DNA of 64,000 bases, taken from NCBI RefSeq assembly GCF_036971445.1, contig NC_091470.1, positions 337,466,001-337,530,000 on the forward strand, written 5' to 3'. This DNA is from Narcine bancroftii. Its lineage: Eukaryota. How positions within the stretch are numbered: position 1 is the first letter of the stretch; the number at the start of each line of letters is the position of its first letter. The notes beneath the pieces are model-generated. The model was given only the letters and a program-made list of their open reading frames with translations. It had not been told where the DNA came from and did not search any database. The translations under genes and the position numbers were made by a program. Positions 1 to 10,400 of the stretch are shown here, piece by piece.

Positions 1-39
1 AATGTATTATTACATGACAATAAAAAGAACCTGAAACCA

Positions 40-250
40 CCTAAAGGGATGGAAGAGGAGGAAAGAGCAGCTTAGGGAGTCTTGGAGAAACTGATCCTTG
101 CAGAAACTGTCTGGGGAGGGGAAGATGTGGCTTGTAGTGAGATTGTGTTGAAGTTGGCAGTAGAGAATAATGTATCTGATACAGAGGTTGATGGGAGGAA
201 AACAAGGACCAAAGGAACTCTGTTGTTTGCCAGGACTGACCTGGTGATTG
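40..250 (-). mobile_element. Degenerate Penelope-like retroelement fragment
   Basis: The minus strand reads SHIFPSPDSFCKDQFLQDSL, resembling the Penelope-type HIFPSPPLSAFRRDRSLRDSL segment. Boundaries approximate. Confidence 0.5.
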
Positions 251-1214
251 ACTCTCCAAGAAAATCTGTCCTCTTTGAATATGGTCACTTGCTTATTTGC
301 ATTAACATGGGTAAACCCAATAGGAGCAGCTTCCATGCACAGTTCCCAATTAGACAGTCAGCACCACATCGGATTGTACATTGTAGCAAAAGCCTATACT
401 GGGTTTACAGAGACTTTCCGAGCATCCATGGCCTAGTTGGCCATGCTCAGCACACTGGGCCTGGTTGTGAAATGGAGCAAAGGATGGACAGAGGGATGTC
501 CAATTTCTGATTCTATACCTCAGCAGGGCTTGTTTTCTGATCTAAAAATTCAAATAAAGTAAAAATGTCCAATGCTAAATTTTAAAAACTTATTTGACAG
601 TCAGGAAAATGAAGAGAATCCAGAGGATTAACAAGTTGTGTTGGGCTTGAATGGCAGGCAGGGCTTGAAAGAGGAAACAGTGGGTCAGCATATGAAAACA
701 AATCCACATAATGTTGGGCTTATTTATGACAAAGTACTGTTCGATATTGTAAAAATATGTATATTTTTGATTAACTGGGCACCTTTGCAGTCTGGAAAAG
801 AATATTTAATGACCAGGAAATCCTTTTTTAATGTTGGTAATTTTTTTGTGTGTGGTGCTCTGTGCACGGTTTCGCTTTAGATTTGAAATCAACAGGGGAT
901 ATACAGACTTGGTCAAAAACCATTTGCTTCTGAGATAAACTTCTCTGTTCCCTTTATAAACTCATCATAGCTTGTCACCTCTCATGTAAATCTCAAAGGA
1001 GAACAACTCCCAAGTTTAATCAAATTCTGAAGTAGCTGATATTCCCTTGCCTCTGGAACTATTAGAGTATTCCTTTTCTGCACCATTGTAAAAACCTTTT
1101 ACTATATTTATGGAACGGAATCCAGTAAAGAAAATAATGGAACTGATCAGCATATCAGGCAGCATCCGTGGAGTAAAAAATTATTGACATTTCTGGTTCC
1201 GTAACCCTTTGACA

Positions 1215-1475
1215 GGTCAGCAGTTAGCGTAGCAGCTAGCACAACACTGTTGCAGCGCCAGTGATTGGGACAGGGCTTCAAATCCTGCACTGTCTGTAAG
1301 GAATTGGTACATTCTCCCCATGTCTGTGTGGGTTTTCCCCAGGGGACTCCAGTTTCCTCCCTCTGTTCAAAACGTATGGGGTGTGTAGGTTAATTGGCTG
1401 TAACTGTGTGGCATGGGTTCATGGGCTGAAATGGCCTGTTTCCGTGCTGAATGTCTAAAACTTTAAAATTTAAAA
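1215..1475 (+). mobile_element. tRNA-derived SINE
   Basis: A-box-like tagcgtagcag, B-box-like ttcaaatcc, core tacattctccccatgtctg..gggttt, and an A/T-rich tail. The same family recurs many times in the window. Confidence 0.8.
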
Positions 1476-4423
1476 ACTGAATGCAGTTCTCCATTTATGG
1501 TCTCACCATTGTTTCATGAAAAGGAGAATCTTTGCTGTTAGTTAGATCTGTATAAGCTTCCTACATCAACATGTTTGTCGAAAAAGTTGCTATCTAAATT
1601 TTGATTCATCTTTGACCATTTCTTCTCAAGACAGAGCTCCAGAAGTAGCAAAGAATGTCTCAACAGATAGCGGTAAGAGATAGGAGCATGCTTGATGCCA
1701 CTAAAATTGATTGCTTTGTGACTTGAGTGTTTTAGTTATTTCCTGCCTAATTTTAACTTCCACTGGTTCCCACTTTTCACGCTGCCCTTAGGCAACTATT
1801 TGTCACGCTTCTGCTTTTGCAGTAACATAGAAAAGCACCGACAGCATTGCACAACATTTTCCGATAGCTGATCATTCTCCTCCTCCAGTGGTCCTCTATG
1901 ATATTTCTATTCGCTCTTATTGGGGAACAAATGAAGCAGCCTTTGCCCAGAGCTTCAGGCAGGAAGGTTAATGAAATTCACCGCATCAATCTGCTTTCTT
2001 CCATTTCCCGTAACCATTGGGACATCAAAGCAATTCAATAAGGATGAATATTTTCTGTCTTGAGAGTTTAATATCCCCTGTAGGAAGCATGACTGAAGAA
2101 ATTAGATTATATATCAGTATAGGTCCTTAAGAACATTAGTTTAGAATACCTCAGGGAACTATAATTCCAGCCGTCAATGACTAATAGGCACTACAGGAAA
2201 TTAATTTGTCAGTTCTGAGTACGTACTAGATTGCCACTAAAATTTTATTTAAAATCTACCACAATTCCACTTTAACCTCCACTAAAAATTGTAACCATTC
2301 TTAATTTTTAGTATTGGTTAATGCAGTAAATTGACAATCACTGGAGCTATTCAATAGTTAATAAAGATGTGTTGTACAATGCTCTTAGTGCAATATTAGC
2401 AGAATGAATTATCTCTCAGTACTAAACTTGCATCACCAGATCCTCGTCTTAGTCACGTTCCTATGGTGATATTTGATAGAAAGAAGGCTGTGAAGGCTCT
2501 GTGGCCTGTCCTTTTGATATTATCTAAGCATGATAATATCACATACTGACAAATAATGCAAAGGTTCATGTGGTCTTAGCGCAAACTGATGTGTGAACTT
2601 TAGTACACTTTGATTTTGAAGTAGCAACATTTTGTGTGGGTGTGTGTTTTGTGTGCGGCATTTGTAGTGACTTAACTATTTTAAAGGCAGGGAGATTATT
2701 GCGTTTGAAGTGCGATTCACACCAGCTTTAATTGTGAGCTAACAACTACCAAAACATGCTGGGAAGAAGAAAATCTCTCATTGAACAGCAAAGCTTTCAA
2801 GCTCACTGGTTACCTTCCCTTGAAATGTACTCTTTGACATGGTATTTCACTGGGAGACCTGCTCCTAGCTGGTTGGAGACCTACACCGTGCAGAATCTCT
2901 CAAGCCTAGATTCCCAGCTTGATCCCAGAGTAGAGTTAAAACTCTTATGGCTCACTTCCCCAGTTATCAGATCGTTCTCCCCAAATCACTCAGGTACAAG
3001 TGAAAAGTAAAAGAATTAGGGGGCGCCAATTTCAAACATTTATATTTTTTTTTACCTATTAATTTTTCTCAACTTTTTTTGCTGGTTGCTTGATTTCCAG
3101 ATAACAGGGAATTTACTGTATACACAATCCAGATATCACATCCACTGAGGATGAAAGCTGCTGATCACACACCCATGCATTTGTTACTTCCATATATAAT
3201 GATTCCAGGGCATTGCTTGCCAATCATCCTCATTCCAACCTCCATAAGCATGGTCATTTAAAATCCCATTGCTGCAGCTCTCGCTCACACCAACAACTTT
3301 TCACCAATTGGCTGATCTGCAACAGCTTCCAGTTCTAAAATTCTTATTCTGGTTTTCACTTCCCAACACAACCTTACCTTGCAGACTCGGTGATCTCCTC
3401 CAACTCTATTTGGCTGCAAGATATCTTCAATCTAATACTTGCTCCTCCTCTTATTCACCTTTGAATCACATTATTCCACCATTGAGGCCCCCCCCCAGGC
3501 ATTATTACTCCCTAAAATTCCCATCCTCACTTCTTTGCCTCACACTTGTTTCAAGCCACGTATTAACATTTACTTCCTACACGTTTCATGAGGCCAATAT
3601 TTTATTTGATATGCTTTGTTAAAGGCAAAATGTAAATGAAAATTCTTGTTGATAGTTTTTGCTTAATCCTATAACCTCTCCTGGCTCACTAGTCCCCGAA
3701 TCTTCCAGGAACCTGCTTTGTTCTCTTAACTTTCTCAATGCATTCACATCATTCTGAGGGCTAGATCCACAAATACACTTGAAAAATCACCAGGCCCACA
3801 GTTTCTACAAAACCTCATTTAAACATGAGTAACATTATTGAGAATGTGTCATTTTTTGCTTTTTTTTTGCACCTTGTTTCTAGAGGAAAATCTAATCTAG
3901 CTGCAGGCTCACTGTTTAATGATCTAGTTTTCATCCTGACCTTGAGGATTGTCTTTGTGTGTTCTCAAGATTACCATGTGGGCTTCCTCTGAATATTCCT
4001 GGCTTCTTCCCAACATGCAGGTTCCTCGGTAAATTGGCTCTTGCATGTTGGCAAGTGGGGTAGTTGAGACTTTTGGGAGAATAAAATGGGATGAGTTGAC
4101 TGTCAAGATGGACTTCGTAGGTTCATAGACCCACTTCTGTGTTGTCTGACTCTATGTCTAATGTAACTGTGCTGCTTTCCAATAATACAAGGATGTCCTA
4201 GAGAGCCTTGACAAAGCCAAGGAATTTGCAGTGCATTGATACTCACCTTGCATGCTCTGTCCCAATACCACTGATGAAAGGTAGAATCTTTTTCTTTTGC
4301 AAATCTATGTTTTTTTTAAAAACTTGTAATGAACCATTTGGCTTCATTTGATTACCAATATATGTTGCATGCTGCACGTACATCTTCCAAGGAATCCTGA
4401 CTTGTAACCTTGTTTTACTAAAG

Positions 4424-7400
4424 ATTGCTCAGAACTTGGACAGGAGCCAACCATCAGACACGTCCCGGACTCCGGAAGATGTGTTTTTACCACCACCACC
4501 TCCTGATTTGCTGGAAGCTTCCACTGAGCCAAAAATACTGACAGAAAATCAGCCTCAAAGGATCCCACCCCCTCCACATCAGACCTTTGTTAAGTTACAG
4601 CAGCAGCGACAGATCAATGAATTGAAGAGGCTTTATAAGCACATGCACCCGGAGCTGAGGAAACATTTGCAGGAGGTGGTCACTGAGGATTGGGCTGAAG
4701 TGCTGGATGCTGAACGCACAGCTGCTGCCTTGGCAACTGGAAGCCAGGGAAACAGTGAGGCAGTGCTTCAGACCGAGGTCCAGTCTATGCGGTGGATATT
4801 TGACAACTGGCCATTGGACACAATTGGAGATCACCAAGCAACGAAGAAGATGACAGAAGAAGAGGCTATCCTCAGTGGAGACGTGCAGAGCACATCACGC
4901 AAATTTGAAAACCAAACACTGAATGAAATCAGTTCCCAGTACTCAGAATATTCTTATAATTCTAGCATCAGAAAAGAGCAAACAAAGGGTGATGTCCGTA
5001 CTGCTCTATGGTTGTTTGAAACTCAGCCTATGGATTCTCTGAATAAAATCTACTCCAAGGAAAATGATCTCCAAGAAGCAGTCTTGAAGGAACCTGTACA
5101 AAAAGGGGACGTCAGAGGTACAAAACTATTATTTGAGACGCATCCGTTGTGTGATTTAGGACGCAGCAACTCGATGGAAGAGAGCAGCTTATTGCAACTG
5201 CGTTCAGAAGTGCAAGAGCTGAAAGGCGATGTCAATAGGACCATAAAGCTCTTTGAGACAGAACCACTGTGCGCCATTCGTGATACTGTCGGCAACATCC
5301 ACCAAATCAAGTCCATTTGCAGAGAAGAAATCCAACAGAGTGAGAGTGTCCAAAGCACTCGGTGGCTGTTCGAAACTCAACCCCTCGGCAGCATCAACAA
5401 GAATCTCGCAGACGTGAAAATCATTCGGGGCATCTCGCTGGAAGAGACCCAGCAGAGTGGTTGTGTTGGCAAAAAACGATGGCTCTTCGAAACACAGGCC
5501 TTGGATGCTCTCAACGAGCAATCTGAGGATGCAGGAAGCACTGTCAACATCAGGGTAATAGAAGGAGGAGATGTGAATAAGAAATGCTGGCTTTTTGAAA
5601 CTCAGCCTCTGGACTCATTAAAAGAAAGTCACCCTGAAGAGGTTGCCAAGGAACAGGTCACTGGAGTCAATGTGCACTCGTCTCTTTGGTTGTTTGAAAC
5701 TCAGCCAATGGAAATATTGAAAGACAGCTTTGAAGTGGGTCACTTGAAAAGAGTTATGACAGAAGAAGAAAGGGGAGATGTAAAGAACAAGGCTCATTTG
5801 TTTGAAAGCTGCTCCCTCGACAATATCAACAAGGGACACGGTGAGGCTTCCTGTAGCACTGGCAAAACAGAGATGCAGAAGGGCGATGTCGAGACATACA
5901 AACATCTCTTTGAAACCCTTCCCCTTGACGGCATTAAAAATTCAGATGAAATATCAACTGAGAATCATGTTGAAATCTTAGCTGGAAATGTAAATGAAAT
6001 CAGAGCTCTCTTTGAAACGGTCCCCCTTTATGCGATTATGGATGGCGCCGGCCACTGCCATCAAGTCAAGACAGTAAGCCGGGAGCAAGTCGTTAGGGGT
6101 GACATCAAACACTACAGGTGGATGTTCGAGACCCGCCGCCTGGATCAGTTTGGTGAAGGCACACAAAATGTGGAGTTGGTTAAAGGCATCACCAAAGAGG
6201 AGATCCAAGCCAATGACATGAAGACAACAAGATGGCTGTTTGAAACCCAGCCACTTGATGTCATACATGCCAATGTCAACAAAACAGAAATTCAGACTTC
6301 TGAAAAGGAAGATATCCTGAAAGGTGATGTGAAGAAATGTAGGTGGCTGTTTGAAACCCAACCAATGGATGCTTTGTATGAAAGAGCAGAAGATAAGCAA
6401 GATTGTGAAGTCCAACAAAAAGGTGCCGTCAAATCATACACTTGGATATTTGAGACACAACCAATGGATAGCATTAATGAGAATGAAGAACGACACCTGA
6501 AAGTCTGCAGCAGGCAAATGGATGACATTATAGGAGCCGACGTAAAGACCAAAAAACATCTGTTTGAAACAGAGCAATGTGGAAATATTGGTGGAGAATT
6601 AGATGAGACTCAGAATATGAGGTACACAAGTGAGGTAGACGTCCAGTCAGGGAATGTATCAAGAGTGAAAGAAATATATCAGAGTAACTCACTGAATGAA
6701 ATAGCTGATGTGGAAGAAAAGAGAAAGAGCTTCACGTCCACACAAGTGGATGCCATGCAACCAGAAGCAGGTTGTGTACATAAGTTCACTTGGCTCTTTG
6801 AAAATTGCCCCATTGGCTCCATTAAAGAAATGCCAGAGGAGGTCACACCCATGAATACAATTACTGATGTAAAGGGGGGTGATGTCGGCGGCAAAAGATT
6901 TGTTTTTGAGACCTATTCACTGGACCAAATAAAAGAGGAAACACAGGTAAAGAACTTCACTTCAAGAAAGGAAGAAAGTGTCAAAGGCGATGTGAAGTCA
7001 TGCACCATGCTGTTTGAAACGCAACCCCTCTATGCACTCCGAGACAAGGAGGGCCAATATCACGAAGTTACTACAGCAAAGAAGGAAGAAATCATGAGGG
7101 GAGATGTAAGAGGAACGAGGTGGCTCTTTGAAACCAAACCATTGGACACAATTAAGCCACTGGACGAAGTATTTGTGATCAGAGCTGTAACCCAGGAGGA
7201 TGTGCAGGCAGGAGATGTGACAGCAGCTCGATGGAAATTTGAGACCCAGCCTTTGGATTCAATCAGAGATGAGGCGGGGCCAGGAGTGAAAATGGTGGAT
7301 GAAGTCCAGGGAGGTGATGTCCAAGCGAGCAAGCAACTCTTTGAAGGACAGCAGGGAAGCCAGAGGTATGTGAGGATGGTGAGTGTCAGTGATGTTCAGA

Positions 7401-10400
7401 GGGGAGATGTCAGGACTTCGACTTGGCTGTTTGAAAACCAACCCATTGACTCTTTGAAAGGTGAAAGGGCAGAAAGCGCAGGTGTAACCACAGTTCAACG
7501 AGAAGATGTACAGAAAGGAGACGTGAAAAGATGTACTTGGTTGTTCGAGTCCCAACCATTGGACAGTCTCAAAAATTCAGACAGTTCAATTGGGAAAGAA
7601 ACCAAGGAAGAGGTGGCGTGTACAGATGTAAAAACCACAACGTGGCTGTTTGAAACGACACCCTTGGACACATTCATTCATACTCAAGGTAACACAGAAA
7701 GTGCCAATGTGAAAAAGCAAAGTATCCATACAAGCTTGGAAATCCTCATTAATTGTGGAGCCATCAAGTCAAGGGGACTTATTATTGAATCAAGTGAGAA
7801 AGGAATTCTAAAAATGGCCAAATATCAACTGACAACTCAGAATGATCCACACGTTGTAAAAGAAGAAGTTATTGGTGGCAACTTGCAGAGAATTCTGATG
7901 CAGTTACTTCAAAGGAAGGAATCCCTTCATTCTGAAGGTATTGTGCTGAAGGAAGATGAAAGTGGAAGGATTTCTACAAGAACGATTCAGCTGTTCTCCC
8001 AGTCCAAAGTTAATATTAATGAAGAATGTGTGAAAGAAGACAGCACTTGTGCAATTTATAGCTTTCTTATGGAAGTTAGTGAAATCAAACAGGGGATTTT
8101 GATTCAGGAAACTGAAAAAGGAATTGTTCAGATTACCATATATTCTCTAATTAACCATCCCCAAAATGGGGATGAGAAAGAGACGATCAAAGGAGATGTA
8201 AAGTCTACAATTAATAGTCTTCTTGCTTCAACTCAGCAGCAAGCAACCTCAACAGTGAAACGTGATGAAAAGGAAAGAGGAAATGTACAACTTTACACAA
8301 CATGCATTGAATCAGGGACATTGGACTGTCTCAAGGACAATCAGGAAGACTCTGATGACCCTGTAGTTTCCACTCAGAGAGAAGAGATTGTACGTGGTGA
8401 TGTCGAAGGTGCCATTAGGAATTTGACAGAGAGCAGAGGCCAAATTGAAAAGTCAGTTGATGACATTATTCCGGGTGACGTCAAAGGAACCAAGAAATAT
8501 TTCTTGACAGAAGCACAGAGAGGCCAAGGTATCACTCAAAAAGATGGTGGTGACATCAGTCCTGCTTATCAATCCTTGGGGCAAGCTGTAAACGTTGGGG
8601 TGAAAAAAGACACATTGCCTGGTGATGTTAAGGCCAAGCCAGAGAATGCAAAGTACCAAACAAGGAAGTTGGATAAGGAAGATGCTCTTTGTGGCAACAC
8701 GAAGGACACTTTGACTGTGTTGCAGGAACACACTTTTGATCCGAAGGAAGCCAGTTTAAGAGAGAGCGCAGAATCTTCTTTTTGCTCATTCGGTAAATCC
8801 TCCTCTTCAGTTTCCGACATTGAGGCAGCAAATGCAAAAGGCCAGGACCTTCAGGCAGCAATGCAGAACCTCAGAGAAGTGACTGCTGAAGCAAATAATA
8901 TACAACAGAAATCAAGCATGCAAGAACATTTCAGGAGTCATGCGCAAAGCACAGCAAGTACTCAGCAACATCATCATCAAAGCACCCAGCGGAACAAAAC
9001 ACTGAAGAAAGAGTTGAAGAAAACAACACAAATCTCCTCACAGCAGCAAAGCAGCGCAGATTCAAGACATCAAGCCAGTGCCCGAGTGACTGTCACTCAG
9101 TACCAGCAACCAAAGACACAACAGAGCATTCATCAGGTCAGTGCCTCTGAGGGAACGCAAGGACTTCAGGCATTTATGGCCAGCCCTAATGAAAGTCAGA
9201 GATGTGGACATTTTACTGGAATAGTTCAGGAGAGTGGAGATAAGATGAGAGCTGCCCCAGACCAAGTGCAAGTTCATGGTCAGCACCTGTCCACGAACTT
9301 AGAGAAGGAAAATCAGGCAGTGGCAGATCAGGTAATTGTTAAGGGAGATGTTAACTCAACTCCAAAGGCTTTAAAGGATTCAGTAACAGAGCAGGAATCT
9401 GTTGAGAAAGAGGAGGTGGTCCGAGGTAACTTGCAAGCAGCTCTCCAATCCTTAGGAAAAGCTAACATGAACATATCCAAAGGTGATTTTAAAGCTGCCA
9501 TGATATATAGAACAGCAGGCCAGTCACATTCATGTAACCAAAGGAAGAGTGGTGTTAGAACTGTTGATAATCAGATTTCACAACCACAGTCTGATGCTGA
9601 GTTTCCTTCTCCAGTTCCAGTGACCAGGTCCTCTGCACCATCGATTGAAGCTTGTGGCCATCAGCCCGCAGAAGGCACCCCCTCTCGCTTAAATCAGCCA
9701 AGTTCATCCACAGTGAGAAAACCACCACCTTCTCAGTTTCCTCCATTACTTCCACCCAAGATGCAGGAAAGAAACATCTCATCTAAACCATCTATTGCAC
9801 CAAGGCCACAGGCAATCCCTGCCAGGCACTTGCCAACGGAGAGTGGGAAACCAGCTCTACCTCCAAAGCCTGAACACTTGCAAGCAATCTATTCTGTTCC
9901 AAGTCCACCCATTCCACCAAGAAACTATGCATCACTCATGTCAAAATCAAGCCCATTGTCTCCAGCTGGGTGCAAATTGTGTCGAGTAAAACTGATTAGG
10001 GGATCTCTTCCTGCAGAAACTACCAATTTGTCAGCGTATCAGAACATGCAACTAGAAAGGAAACATGAACAGCTTTCACTGGAAGAAAAATCCACTACAA
10101 TAGCTTCTTATACCAAAGGAATGAAAACTCCCTTGCAGTTGGCAGAGGAGAAATATAAGCAAGGAAAGGAAGAACTCAGTCAGTTAAATGCAGTAGTAAT
10201 CAATCCAACACCAGATACATCATCAGATCAGGGGCACCAGAGAAGAACAAGCTTCTCTGACAGTCCCAGTGACACCAGCGACTCAATGATGAGACAACCA
10301 GAAATGTTAGCACACAAAATGAATGCAACAGAGGTGGTCCAGGGGTCAATGCGGTCTTATTCAAAAGAAAGCTCAGCAAGAACTGAAGTGGGCCAGGAAA

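Noticed and set aside
82-510. 142-aa ORF as a gene
   Set aside because: TTG start, no recognisable domain, and it overlaps an antisense Penelope-like remnant.
2670-2690. MEF2 site upstream of XIRP1 (ctattttaaa)
   Set aside because: It does not fit YTA(W)4TAR exactly, and such AT-rich near-matches are common by chance.
2756-3010. 84-aa ATG ORF as the first XIRP1 coding exon
   Set aside because: Its donor (cag|gtacaa at 2993) is phase 1, and the plausible acceptors at 4423 and 4432 are phase 0. No homology is visible.
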